A DNA stretch of 64,000 bases from Lachnospiraceae bacterium (GTDB lineage: Bacteria > Bacillota > Clostridia > Lachnospirales > Lachnospiraceae): the NCBI GenBank assembly GCA_024697065.1, contig JAILGE010000007.1, positions 52,658 to 116,657 of the forward strand, given 5' to 3'. The position numbers and the translations under genes are program-made. Shown in pieces: positions 35,071 to 45,292 of the stretch (position 1 is the stretch's first letter; every line of letters begins with the position of its first letter). A model generated the notes under the pieces. That model was not told the DNA's origin and searched no databases. It saw only the letters and a list, made by a program, of their open reading frames with translations.

Positions 35071-36453
35071 ATGGCGGCAAAAGCAAAGATCAAGACAGTT
35101 TTTTTCTGTACGGAATGCGGATATGAATCTGCAAAATGGAGCGGCCAGTGTCCCTCCTGCCATGCATGGAATACCATGACGGAGCAGACTGTATCCGATA
35201 CAGTCATAAGAAAAAGTAAAAGTACCGGTTATGAGCCTTCTGTTCCGAAGGCTCTCTCCGATATATCACTTTCGGATGAGGACAGAGTCCCCACCGGAAT
35301 AGAAGAATTCGACAGAGTTCTCGGCGGAGGCATAGTCCCGGGATCTCTTGTTCTTGTGGGAGGAGATCCGGGTATAGGCAAATCCACTCTTCTTTTGCAG
35401 GCATGCAGGGAATTGTCCAATGCCGGAAAGGATGTCCTCTATATCTCTGGCGAGGAATCATTGAAACAGATCCGCATGCGTGCGGACCGCCTTGGCGGAT
35501 TTAAAGGCGATATGCAGCTCCTTTGCGAGACGGATCTTACGATGATATCCGATACCATCAGAAATAAAAAGCCGGGGATCGTTGTGATAGATTCGATACA
35601 GACTATGTTCAACGAAGATATCTCAGGTACTCCCGGATCCGTCTCTCAGGTAAGAGAATCAACTGCTGTTCTTTTACAGCTTTCCAAAACACTTGGAATA
35701 TCAATATTCATAGTCGGTCATGTGACCAAGGAGGGGACTGTTGCAGGCCCCAGGATCCTTGAGCATATGGTGGATACCGTACTTTATTTTGAGGGCGACA
35801 GACATGCATCCTATCGTATCCTCAGAGGTGTGAAGAACAGATTCGGATCCACAAATGAGATCGGTGTTTTTGAAATGCAGCAGGAGGGACTGAAAGAAGT
35901 GAAGAACCCTTCCGAATATCTTCTGCAGGGCAGACCCAAAGACGCCAGCGGAACGGTGACTTCCTGCTCCATGGAGGGAACGAGACCTATACTTCTTGAG
36001 ATACAGGCACTGGTCTGCCAGACAGCTTTCGGTATACCCAGGAGACAATCCTCCGGTGCCGATCTTAACCGTATAAATCTGTTGATGGCAGTGCTGGAAA
36101 AGCGCCTCGGCCTTCACCTTGGAGCCTGCGATGCTTATGTTAATATCGCCGGCGGAATGAAGATAATAGAACCGGCGGTGGACCTGGCCATAGCAATGGC
36201 TGTATCGTCCAGCTTTCTTAATGTTCCCGCCGGTGACAGACTGATAGCAATGGGAGAAGTGGGATTGTCGGGTGAAGTCAGGAATATCAGCCAGATAGAG
36301 CAGCGTGTGCAGGAAGCACTTAAAATGGGATATGAGACCTGCGTTATCCCCAAGGTCAGCGCAGAGCGTGTGAAGGGGATAAAAGGTATTGAGAATATTA
36401 AGATAGTTCCGGTTGAATCCGTTAAAGATGCGATAGCACTTATCAGACACTAA
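35071..36453 (+). CDS. radA: DNA repair protein RadA/Sms
   Basis: CTECG..CPSC zinc finger, GGDPGIGKST and KNRFG. Confidence 0.97.
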   Translation: MAAKAKIKTVFFCTECGYESAKWSGQCPSCHAWNTMTEQTVSDTVIRKSKSTGYEPSVPKALSDISLSDEDRVPTGIEEFDRVLGGGIVPGSLVLVGGDPGIGKSTLLLQACRELSNAGKDVLYISGEESLKQIRMRADRLGGFKGDMQLLCETDLTMISDTIRNKKPGIVVIDSIQTMFNEDISGTPGSVSQVRESTAVLLQLSKTLGISIFIVGHVTKEGTVAGPRILEHMVDTVLYFEGDRHASYRILRGVKNRFGSTNEIGVFEMQQEGLKEVKNPSEYLLQGRPKDASGTVTSCSMEGTRPILLEIQALVCQTAFGIPRRQSSGADLNRINLLMAVLEKRLGLHLGACDAYVNIAGGMKIIEPAVDLAIAMAVSSSFLNVPAGDRLIAMGEVGLSGEVRNISQIEQRVQEALKMGYETCVIPKVSAERVKGIKGIENIKIVPVESVKDAIALIRH

Positions 36454-36468
36454 AGAGGAATTTACAGT

Positions 36469-37272
36469 ATGAGGATCCTTATCACCAACGATGATGGTAT
36501 TGAAGCACCCGGCATCATAAAGCTTGCGGAAAATGCGAAGAAATTCGGAGAAGTAACAGTCATTGCACCTGCGACTCAGAGCAGTGCCATGTCACATCAT
36601 ATATCGCTGGGACTTGAGTTGGATTATAGAAAATTCGACTTCCCTGTAGAGGGCGTGGAAGCCTATGCTCTGGCAGGAACCCCTGCAGATTGCATAAGAG
36701 CAGCTTTTCTTGGCATTGTTTCCAAAGATAAACTTCCGGATGTAGTCTTTTCCGGGATCAATAACGGCTCGAATTGCGGATATGATATCCAGTATTCGGC
36801 GACAGTGGGGGCCGCAATGGAAGCCCTGCTTTATGAGGTGCCTGTAATATGCTTCTCACAGGCTTGCTGGGAAGCAACTCTTGATCATAAGAATGAATTT
36901 GATCCGGAAACGGATTTTATGAAGGTGGATAAGACTGTATATACGGATGTATGTGATGCAAATATAGAGAGCATTACAAGGGAGCTTTTAGCTAAGAAGC
37001 TTCCCAGAGGGCAGGCATGGAATGTTAATTTTCCAAACTGTGTTCCTGATCTTTATAAGGGCATACTCTATGACAGATTCCCTTCCCAGAGAGCATTTTG
37101 GGATGATATCTATACCGTGATCACAAGACCTGACGGCAGCAGGTATGTAGGGATGGAGAGCTATAAGATCAAGCCTGCGGAAGAAGGCAGTGATATCAGA
37201 GCGATACAGGACGGATATATCTCCATTGGTATCATTAAAAATAAAGTCATGACAAACGGAGAAGATTATTGA
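36469..37272 (+). CDS. surE: 5'/3'-nucleotidase SurE
   Basis: ILITNDDG, GTPADC, SGINNGSN and YSATVGAA. Confidence 0.93.
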   Translation: MRILITNDDGIEAPGIIKLAENAKKFGEVTVIAPATQSSAMSHHISLGLELDYRKFDFPVEGVEAYALAGTPADCIRAAFLGIVSKDKLPDVVFSGINNGSNCGYDIQYSATVGAAMEALLYEVPVICFSQACWEATLDHKNEFDPETDFMKVDKTVYTDVCDANIESITRELLAKKLPRGQAWNVNFPNCVPDLYKGILYDRFPSQRAFWDDIYTVITRPDGSRYVGMESYKIKPAEEGSDIRAIQDGYISIGIIKNKVMTNGEDY

Positions 37273-37754
37273 AGATCCTTGTAATCAGCGATTCCCACGG
37301 TGATAATAATGCCGTGATTTCCGTTATAAAAAAGGAAAAGCCTGAGATGCTGATCCATCTTGGGGATATCGAAAATGATACTGCGGATATAGAGAAGGCG
37401 CTTGGTGTTCCTTCAAAACCCGCAGTTTTCATACGCGGAAATTGCGATCAATATGATAAAAGTTTAAGACCCGTTGCGGTCTTTGAACTTGAAGGCCACA
37501 GATTCTTTGCTTCCCACGGTCATCTCCAGAGAGCTTCATGGGATATATCCAATCTCGTTTATTCGGCCGAAGAAAATGACTGTGATATCGCACTCTACGG
37601 CCATACCCATGTTCCTTTGGATGAGGAGATGGGGGCAGTGAGAGTCCTTAATCCCGGCAGCATATCCAGACCCAGAGGCGACTCCGGGAAAAGCTATATC
37701 ATCATGGAAATGGATGATGATGGCGAATACAGTGTGGAATTCAAAAACATTTGA
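37269..37754 (+). CDS. YfcE-family metallophosphoesterase
   Basis: SDSHG, HLGD, RGNCD, GHTH and NPGS. TTG start overlaps the surE stop. Confidence 0.9.
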   Translation: MKILVISDSHGDNNAVISVIKKEKPEMLIHLGDIENDTADIEKALGVPSKPAVFIRGNCDQYDKSLRPVAVFELEGHRFFASHGHLQRASWDISNLVYSAEENDCDIALYGHTHVPLDEEMGAVRVLNPGSISRPRGDSGKSYIIMEMDDDGEYSVEFKNI

Positions 37755-37918
37755 ATATTTAAATTCGGATCAGAAGGGATCCGCATCAAATATTACTTGA
37801 AAATATAGAAGTAACATAATACAATTAACCCGTTTGGAGAGCATTCATTTCACAGCCGAAAGAATGACTGCTCCGACGGGTTTTACAATTTAATACATCT
37901 TTAAGGAGGATGAAAGCA

Positions 37919-39445
37919 ATGAAAAAAGGAAGATTGATTCTTACCGTATTGCTGATGACAATGGCTGCTGCACTGAGCGGATGCACAGGTGGCAAGACGG
38001 CGGACACTCCGGATACCCGGATCACTATCGGTATTCCTCAGGATCTCGATGACGGGCTTGACCCGCACAAGGTTAGTGCGGCAGGTACCAAGGAGATACT
38101 GTTCAATATCTATGAAGGTCTTGTAAAATATGATGAGACGGGTGCTCTGATACCTGCTGTTGCAAGTGATTATAAAGTCAGCGAAGACGGACTTACTTAC
38201 ACATTTACGCTCCGTGACGGCGTTAAGTTTCATGACGGTAGCAATGTGACAGCAGAAGATGTGATCTATTCCATCGAACGCTGTTCTAAAGCAGAGGGCG
38301 GACAGGATCCTTTGGTTCCACCTTTCACCAATATCTCTGAAGTAAATAAAGTTGACGACAAGACTATCGAGATCAAGCTTGTGGCTGCAGATCCCGATTT
38401 CCTTGCATACATGACCGTTGCCATCATTCAGGCATCCAATGACGATCCTGAGACAAAGGTCATCGGTACAGGTCCGTACAAGTTTGTCTCACATACACCC
38501 ATGGAGTCTGTTGAGCTTGAAGCATTCAATGATTACTGGGGTGAGAAAGCTCACATCGGAAAGGTGACACTTAAGATCGTCTCCGATCCTGCTGCCATAG
38601 TAATGGATCTTAAGGGTGGCTCGCTTGATATGTTCTGCAGACTTACGGACAGTCAGGTAAGCGAGCTTAAAGGTAGCAATTTCAATATTGAAGTAGGTAC
38701 CATGAATCTTGCACAGGCTCTTTACCTCAACAACTCGGTTGAGCCTTTTAATGATGTAAGAGTTAGACAGGCTATCTGCTATGCCATCGATCCTCAGGAG
38801 ATCATGGATTTTGTATCCGGAGGAGAAGGTACCGAGATCGGTTCCGCAGCATTCCCTTCATTCAGCAAATATTATGATCCTGCGCTTAATGATAATTACA
38901 ACAGGGATGTGGAAAAGGCAAAAGAGCTTCTTAAGGAAGCAGGATATGAGAACGGTTTTTCATTCTCAATAACAGTTCCTTCTGCATATACACCTCATGT
39001 TAAGACTGCGGAAGTAATATCCGAGGAGCTTAAGGAAGTAGGCATCACAGCCGATCTGAAGCTTGTAGAGTGGGATTCATGGCTTTCGGATACTTACACA
39101 AATCATAATTATGAAGCTACTGTTATCGGAATCGATCTGAATCCCGTTACCGCAAGAAATCTTCTTCAGAGATATACATCGGACGGACATGGTAACTTCA
39201 TGGAATTCAGCAGCGAAAAGTATGATGAAGTATTTGCAAAGGCTGTTGCATCAACAGATGATGCGGAGCAGACCGCTCTGTATAAAGAGTGCTTACAGAT
39301 ACTCTCGGATGAAGCTGCAAGTGCATATATTCAGGACCTGCCTTCATTTGTTGCATTGAACAACAAGATAAGCGGATATAAGTTCTATCCTATATATGCT
39401 CAGGATTTTGCAAGTCTTTACTATATCGACGAAGCAAACGATTGA
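37919..39445 (+). CDS. Peptide/nickel ABC transporter substrate-binding lipoprotein (family 5)
   Basis: Lipobox LSG-C, YEGLV, YTFTLRDGVKFHDGS and IGTGPYK. Confidence 0.93.
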   Translation: MKKGRLILTVLLMTMAAALSGCTGGKTADTPDTRITIGIPQDLDDGLDPHKVSAAGTKEILFNIYEGLVKYDETGALIPAVASDYKVSEDGLTYTFTLRDGVKFHDGSNVTAEDVIYSIERCSKAEGGQDPLVPPFTNISEVNKVDDKTIEIKLVAADPDFLAYMTVAIIQASNDDPETKVIGTGPYKFVSHTPMESVELEAFNDYWGEKAHIGKVTLKIVSDPAAIVMDLKGGSLDMFCRLTDSQVSELKGSNFNIEVGTMNLAQALYLNNSVEPFNDVRVRQAICYAIDPQEIMDFVSGGEGTEIGSAAFPSFSKYYDPALNDNYNRDVEKAKELLKEAGYENGFSFSITVPSAYTPHVKTAEVISEELKEVGITADLKLVEWDSWLSDTYTNHNYEATVIGIDLNPVTARNLLQRYTSDGHGNFMEFSSEKYDEVFAKAVASTDDAEQTALYKECLQILSDEAASAYIQDLPSFVALNNKISGYKFYPIYAQDFASLYYIDEAND

Positions 39446-39499
39446 TCATCACCTGCGGCGGGGGCTGTCCCGTCGTAGGTTTTTTATGAATAAGATAGT

Positions 39500-40444
39500 A
39501 TGAGATTTAAGTATTTAATCAAAAAGATCATATCAATGCTGCTTACTCTTTTCGGAGTATCTTTTTTGGTGTTTGCGGCTTTTGAGATAATTCCGGGTGA
39601 TCCTGCCATATCAAAACTCGGAACCGATGCGACACCTGAAATGATAGCTGCGCTTCGTGAGCAGATGGGACTTAACAGACCTTTTATCGTAAGATATTTT
39701 GACTGGCTTGGTGACTGCATAAGAGGAGATTTCGGCAGATCATACAGTTATAACAGGACTGTGATCAGTATGATAGGAGATAAACTTCCCATCACGGTTA
39801 CCATGACGATCATCTCCATGCTGCTGGTTATAGCAGTATCCATTCCTGTTGCGTTACTTTTAGCTAAGTATATGGGAAGTACCATAGACAGAGCCGGATA
39901 TATCTCAAACCAGATATTAATGGCTGTACCTTCATTTTTCTTAGGTATACTTATAACTTATATATTCGGACTGACCTTAAGATTTTTCACTCCCGGGGGT
40001 TACATATCTTACAGACAGAACTTTGCGGGATTTATCGGATACCTTCTTGCACCTTCGGTGGCTATAGCTATTCCAAAGTGTGCAATGTCTGTCAAGCTTC
40101 TTAGAAGTGCGATACTTGAAGAGTGGAACAAGGACTACGTGCGTACGGCGTACAGCAGAGGTAATTCCACCATGCAGGTAATGTACAGACATGTTCTTAA
40201 AAATGCGCTCATACCCCTTATCACATTCTGGGGCATGGCTGTTGCTGATATGATAGCAGGCTCCATAGTTGTGGAGCAGGTCTTTAATATCCCCGGACTC
40301 GGAAGGATATTACTCACATCTATTTCAAACAGAGATTATCCCGTGGTGGAAGCCATAATCCTTCTCATCGCGGTTGTGGTCATAGTGATGAATCTGATCG
40401 TGGATATACTATACAGATGTATAGACCCGAGGATAAGTAAATAA
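39500..40444 (+). CDS. Peptide/nickel ABC permease (OppB/DppB-like)
   Basis: IPGDPA, GDFGRSY and RDYPVV. Confidence 0.93.
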   Translation: MRFKYLIKKIISMLLTLFGVSFLVFAAFEIIPGDPAISKLGTDATPEMIAALREQMGLNRPFIVRYFDWLGDCIRGDFGRSYSYNRTVISMIGDKLPITVTMTIISMLLVIAVSIPVALLLAKYMGSTIDRAGYISNQILMAVPSFFLGILITYIFGLTLRFFTPGGYISYRQNFAGFIGYLLAPSVAIAIPKCAMSVKLLRSAILEEWNKDYVRTAYSRGNSTMQVMYRHVLKNALIPLITFWGMAVADMIAGSIVVEQVFNIPGLGRILLTSISNRDYPVVEAIILLIAVVVIVMNLIVDILYRCIDPRISK

Positions 40445-40445
40445 T

Positions 40446-41273
40446 ATGGCGTTTATAAAAAGTATAAAAAAGATTTTTAATAAATATCACGGTTTTAATT
40501 TCAATGCAGGTCTGGTGATCACGGGGCTTATATTTATCATTGCGCTTGTAGGATGTTTCTATACTCCTTATGAACCTACGGCCATGAACGTATCCATCAG
40601 AAATACCGCACCGTCTTTGGCGCATATCTTCGGATGCGATGACAGCGGACGAGATGTGTTCAGCAGAGTGATGGAGGGGATACGTAATACTTTTTTCATA
40701 TCCACCATGACTGTATTGATAGGATCGGGGTTCGGTATAATCCTGGGAGCCGCGGCGGGCTATTACGGTGGAAAATTTGATGAGATACTGATGCGTATCA
40801 ATGATGCACTATTTGCTTTTCCAAGTGTATTGCTGGCACTTGTGATCGTATCATTGCTGGGACCGGGGTTTCTTAATGTGACCGTTGCGCTGGGGATTGC
40901 TTTTATCCCAAGCTTTGCAAGGATAGTAAGATCGGGATTCAAATCACAGGTAAATATGGATTATGTTCAGAGTGCAAGGCTTATGGGTGCGGGAGATCTG
41001 AGGATTATATTTGTTCATATCCTTCCGAATATCCTTCCTGTTCTTATGAGCTCGGTTATGATCGGATTCAATAATGCAGTACTGGCAGAGGCGGGGTTAA
41101 GCTACCTTGGAATAGGCGTTCAGCCTCCGAGAGCATCCCTTGGTCTCATGCTTAAGGATGGACAGGCACTCCTCGCAACCGCTCCATGGAACGCTCTGTT
41201 TCCGGGAATGGTGATCGTACTTATGGTGCTTGGTTTTGCACTTTTATCGGAAGGGATTTCAGAGGCCTCATAA
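40446..41273 (+). CDS. Peptide/nickel ABC permease (OppC/DppC-like)
   Basis: HIFGCDDSGRDVFSR, HILPN and AGLSYLGIG. Confidence 0.93.
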   Translation: MAFIKSIKKIFNKYHGFNFNAGLVITGLIFIIALVGCFYTPYEPTAMNVSIRNTAPSLAHIFGCDDSGRDVFSRVMEGIRNTFFISTMTVLIGSGFGIILGAAAGYYGGKFDEILMRINDALFAFPSVLLALVIVSLLGPGFLNVTVALGIAFIPSFARIVRSGFKSQVNMDYVQSARLMGAGDLRIIFVHILPNILPVLMSSVMIGFNNAVLAEAGLSYLGIGVQPPRASLGLMLKDGQALLATAPWNALFPGMVIVLMVLGFALLSEGISEAS

Positions 41274-42064
41274 TGCTTTTAGAGATTAAGAATCTTACAA
41301 TTGAATTCCATGATCATGACAGACCTGAAAGAGTGGTGGAGGATGTTTCCTTTTCATTGGATAAGGGAGAGATCCTCGGTATTGTCGGCGAATCAGGCTC
41401 CGGGAAATCGATGACCGCCCTGGCGGTGGCGGGACTTCTTCCCAGAAAGAAGATGGAGAAATCAGGTGAGATACTTTTTGAAGAAAAGAATCTTCTGACA
41501 TTGCCGCGTCATGATCTTAGAGGTTTGCAGGGAGACGAGATCTCGGTCATTTTTCAGGAACCCATGACGGCGCTTAATCCCACGATGAAGATCGGCAAAC
41601 AGGTTGAAGAAGCACTTCTCCTTCACAGACATATGACGGACGAAGAGAGAAAGGCAAAAGTCATGGAATGGCTTGAGAAAGTAGAGCTTGATGATTCGGA
41701 GCGTGTGTACGAAGCCTATCCCCATGAGCTTTCGGGAGGCATGAGACAGCGTGTCATGATCGCCGCAGCCATGGTTTCTGATCCCCAGATACTTATTGCC
41801 GATGAGCCTACGACAGCACTTGATGTTACTGTTCAGTCTCAGATCATAAAGCTTCTTTTAAAGATCAATAAGGACTCGGGAGTTTCCATACTTTTCATAT
41901 CTCACGATCTGAGTCTGATCAAACAGATCACTCATAATGTTATAGTAATGCAAAAAGGACGTATCGTTGAGCAGGGGGATACGGATGAGATCTTTCTCCA
42001 TCCGAAGGAAGAATATACAAAGAAGCTCATATCCAGCATACCATCGGTAGATTTAAGGAAATAA
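41273..42064 (+). CDS. Peptide/nickel ABC ATP-binding protein (OppD-like)
   Basis: GESGSGKS, LSGGMRQRV and DEPTTALDVT. ATG overlaps the previous TAA. Confidence 0.93.
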   Translation: MLLEIKNLTIEFHDHDRPERVVEDVSFSLDKGEILGIVGESGSGKSMTALAVAGLLPRKKMEKSGEILFEEKNLLTLPRHDLRGLQGDEISVIFQEPMTALNPTMKIGKQVEEALLLHRHMTDEERKAKVMEWLEKVELDDSERVYEAYPHELSGGMRQRVMIAAAMVSDPQILIADEPTTALDVTVQSQIIKLLLKINKDSGVSILFISHDLSLIKQITHNVIVMQKGRIVEQGDTDEIFLHPKEEYTKKLISSIPSVDLRK

Positions 42065-42067
42065 GCA

Positions 42068-42808
42068 ATGGCTGAAGATATAATTGTAAAAGGTACGGAT
42101 GTTACAGTATCATTTATGAATAAGGTCGGGAACCGGAAAGAAAAAAAGACTGTTCTCGACGGACTTGATTTTGATGTTCGAAGAGGCGAGATACTGGGGC
42201 TTGCGGGGGAGAGCGGAAGCGGTAAGTCTACTCTTGCAAAAGCTGTGCTTGGAATGGTACCGCTTGAGCGCGGGAAGATCGAAAGTGAAGTTACCAATCC
42301 CCAGATGATATTTCAGGATCCGTACAGCTCGCTTAATCCGGCCAAGACAATATCTTGGATAATGCAGGAGCCTCTTAAGCTCGGAAAGAAAAAATACTCC
42401 TCAGAGGAGAGGCTTTCCAAAGTAGAAGAGATGCTTTGTGAGGTAGGGCTTGATGCGGGATATATGCAAAGAAAGCCGGGAGAGCTTTCGGGAGGCCAGA
42501 GGCAGAGGATATGTATCGGTACTGCTCTCATGCAGGCTCCGGGGCTTCTTATCGCCGACGAACCGGTTTCGGCACTTGATGTGACCATACAGGCACAGGT
42601 GCTCGATCTCATGAGGGAGATACACAGGAAGAAAAAGCTTACGATTCTTTTTATTTCACACGATCTTCGTACGATGTATAATTTCTGTGACAGAGTAATG
42701 ATCCTTCAGAAAGGGAAGATCGTTGAAAGCGGGAAGCCTTATGATCTTTACAGAGACCCAAAGGAACCCTATACAAGATTATTGCTGGAAAGTGCAGGTA
42801 TAATATGA
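42068..42808 (+). CDS. Peptide/nickel ABC ATP-binding protein (OppF-like)
   Basis: GESGSGKST, LSGGQRQR and DEPVSALDVT. Confidence 0.93.
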   Translation: MAEDIIVKGTDVTVSFMNKVGNRKEKKTVLDGLDFDVRRGEILGLAGESGSGKSTLAKAVLGMVPLERGKIESEVTNPQMIFQDPYSSLNPAKTISWIMQEPLKLGKKKYSSEERLSKVEEMLCEVGLDAGYMQRKPGELSGGQRQRICIGTALMQAPGLLIADEPVSALDVTIQAQVLDLMREIHRKKKLTILFISHDLRTMYNFCDRVMILQKGKIVESGKPYDLYRDPKEPYTRLLLESAGII

Positions 42809-43356
42809 AAGATTATTTTAAAAAATTTTACCCAACATTTTCGACACCGGATACGTATCATATAGATTTTGCAAAATTATATAAGATGGGCTACAGAGGT
42901 GTGATCTTTGATATCGATAATACTCTTGTAGGTCATGACGCGCCTTCGGATTTCAGGTGTCAGGAACTTATCGGCAGGCTTAAGACCATGGGATTCAGGA
43001 CTGTTATCGTTTCCAATAACGGTGAATCCAGAGTCAGTAAATTTGCAAAGGCCAATAACTGCACCTATGTTTACAGAGCATTGAAACCTTCCGGAATGGG
43101 ATATATAAAAGCTCTTGAAAAACTTGGACTTGATAAAAAGCAGGTCATCTGTGTCGGTGACCAGCTATTTACTGATATATGGGGAGCAAACAGAGCGGGG
43201 ATGGACAGCATTCTCGTGGGAAGACTTTTTAAGAAAGAAGTATTCCATATATACATGAAGCGCGTATTTGAGATTTTTGTACTTAGAAGATATTACAGAT
43301 TGAGGAAAGAGAATATCATCCCTTCTCCCAACATGAGGAATATAAATGACAGATAA
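42805..43356 (+). CDS. yqeG: YqeG-family HAD IIIA phosphatase
   Basis: DIDNTL, SNN, KP and VGDQLFTDIWGA. Confidence 0.88.
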   Translation: MKDYFKKFYPTFSTPDTYHIDFAKLYKMGYRGVIFDIDNTLVGHDAPSDFRCQELIGRLKTMGFRTVIVSNNGESRVSKFAKANNCTYVYRALKPSGMGYIKALEKLGLDKKQVICVGDQLFTDIWGANRAGMDSILVGRLFKKEVFHIYMKRVFEIFVLRRYYRLRKENIIPSPNMRNINDR

Positions 43357-44269
43357 TTTGATCTTGGTGGATACATTCACCAGGCTTGCGGGACTTATCG
43401 GTCATCCCGTGGGTCATTCCTTATCTCCTTATCTCCAGGGCAGACTTGCTTCTCATATGGGGATAAATATGGTTTATCTCGGATTTGATACGGAACCGGG
43501 AAGCTTAAAAGAAGTGATCGAAGGCGGTATCGCCATGAAGGCAGTGGGCTTTAACGTAACAGTGCCTTACAAGAAAGAAGTGATGCAGTATCTGACCGAA
43601 GTTGATCCGAATGCTGCCCGTATAGGTGCGGTCAATACGCTCAAACCAAAGGGAGACAGCTTTGCCGGTTATAATACCGATATGCCCGGTTTTTGCAGAG
43701 CTCTTAAATATGACGGAGTTGATGTTAAGGGAAGAAATGTTGTTATGATCGGCGCAGGAGGTGCTGCCAATGCGGTTCTGTGCGGCCTGCTTGAGGAAGG
43801 CGCGAAGTCGGTCCTTATACTTAACAGGACCGTGTCATCCGCAGAAGCTCTTGCTGACAGGTTCAGAAGCGACTATCCGGATCGGACTATAGAGACGATG
43901 GCACTTACTGATGATTATATTTCTTTCATGAAGAGATCGGAGTTCGCAGATTCGCCATGGATCGCCATTCAGTGCACAAGTGTCGGGATGCATCCCGATG
44001 ATGGGAATACTGCCATAAAGGATGATGAATTCTATAAACTCACGGATATAGGGTATGATGTGATCTTCAACCCTTCAGAGACGGAATTCATGAAAAGGAT
44101 AAAGGCTTGCGGCGGCAGAGCTTACAATGGTCTTAAGATGCTTATATTCCAGGGATTCAGATCCTTTGAGATATGGAATGATGTTGTGGTTGAAGACGGA
44201 TTTGCTTCAGAGCTTATCCCTGACATGGAAGAAATATTGAGAAGAAACAGGACCGGAGAAAGATCATGA
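43346..44269 (+). CDS. aroE: Shikimate dehydrogenase
   Basis: GHPVGHSLSP, NVTVPYK, GAVNT, GYNTD and GAGGAA. Confidence 0.95.
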   Translation: MTDNLILVDTFTRLAGLIGHPVGHSLSPYLQGRLASHMGINMVYLGFDTEPGSLKEVIEGGIAMKAVGFNVTVPYKKEVMQYLTEVDPNAARIGAVNTLKPKGDSFAGYNTDMPGFCRALKYDGVDVKGRNVVMIGAGGAANAVLCGLLEEGAKSVLILNRTVSSAEALADRFRSDYPDRTIETMALTDDYISFMKRSEFADSPWIAIQCTSVGMHPDDGNTAIKDDEFYKLTDIGYDVIFNPSETEFMKRIKACGGRAYNGLKMLIFQGFRSFEIWNDVVVEDGFASELIPDMEEILRRNRTGERS

Positions 44270-44928
44270 AAAAAAGGATCATATGTTTTGGAGATTCAAA
44301 TACCTGGGGATACAATCCCGCAGACGGGTCCCGATTTGATGAGAATACAAGATGGCCAATGGTCATGCAAAACATACTGGGCAGTGACTATCAGGTCATT
44401 GAAGAAGGACAAAACGGAAGGACCATCGCATGCGAGGATCCGTGGGAATGGGGAACCAAGCGCGGCCTCGATTATGTGATCCCGATGATAGAATCCCATA
44501 AGCCCTTCGATATGCTGATCATAATGCTTGGAAGCAATGATCTTAAACGAAAATTCGGTTTGCCTGCTCCTGATATAGCAGGCAGTCTCCAGAATATGCT
44601 GCTAAATGTTAGAGCTCATCTTGAGTATCATCTTGGCATTAAGAAAGAGGACGTAAAGATACTTGTCATTGCTCCGCCGCACTTAAAGGAAGGCGTTACA
44701 GAGTCGCCCTTTGCGGATTTTTTTGACGGTGATTATTCCGTTAAGCAGTCAAGGGAACTTGCAAAGTGGTATAAGCTCGTAGCGGATCAGTTTGGATGTG
44801 ATTTCTTTGATGCGGCATCCGTGGCTGAAGCCGGAGATACTGACTGTCTTCATCTGGTTAAGGAAGGACATGCGGCATTGGGCGCTGCGGTTGCGAAGAT
44901 AGTTGGCGGGGAGCTGAGTGACCGGTGA
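44266..44928 (+). CDS. SGNH/GDSL hydrolase
   Basis: FGDSNTWG, EGQNGRT, MLGSND and DCLH. Confidence 0.9.
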   Translation: MKKRIICFGDSNTWGYNPADGSRFDENTRWPMVMQNILGSDYQVIEEGQNGRTIACEDPWEWGTKRGLDYVIPMIESHKPFDMLIIMLGSNDLKRKFGLPAPDIAGSLQNMLLNVRAHLEYHLGIKKEDVKILVIAPPHLKEGVTESPFADFFDGDYSVKQSRELAKWYKLVADQFGCDFFDAASVAEAGDTDCLHLVKEGHAALGAAVAKIVGGELSDR

Positions 44929-44945
44929 AAAAATAATAATATAGC

Positions 44946-45281
44946 TTGACAACCGCGGTGTGCAGTTGTATAACCGTATTGAGCAAATGCTACGAACAGA
45001 ACAAGAGCTTGTCTGAAACGGATCACAGAGAACTGTCGTATGGTGCGAGACAGTATCACGCCTAATGAGCTTATCCTCTGCGAGCAGTGCACCGAAAGGG
45101 ATTTTTCAAGTAGGTGTCACCGGTTTTCCACCGTTAAAAGGAAGCCTGATAAAAGCCAACCTGTATGTACGGGGCGGAGTCGGGAATGAGTGACCGGATT
45201 TCCGGTAATCAAAGTGGTATCACGGATAGAATGATTATTCGCCTTTGAGATTGCTGTTTTTGCAATTCAAAGGCTTTTTTG
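44946..45281 (+). promoter_or_regulatory. T-box riboswitch leader with promoter and terminator
   Basis: TTGACA-17-TATAAC (44946-44974). Stem I carries AGAGA and GGTGCGA loops; stem II carries AGTA, followed by CCGTTA. T-box AATCAAAGTGGTATCACGG at 45207-45225. Terminator GCCTTTGA...TCAAAGGC plus T6 at 45241-45280. Confidence 0.85.
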
Positions 45282-45292
45282 TTTTCAGGGAT

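Noticed and set aside
37831-37880. Glycine riboswitch
   Set aside because: GGAGAG and CCGAA are present, but the CTCTCAGG element and three-way junction are not. Kept only as an unassigned hairpin.
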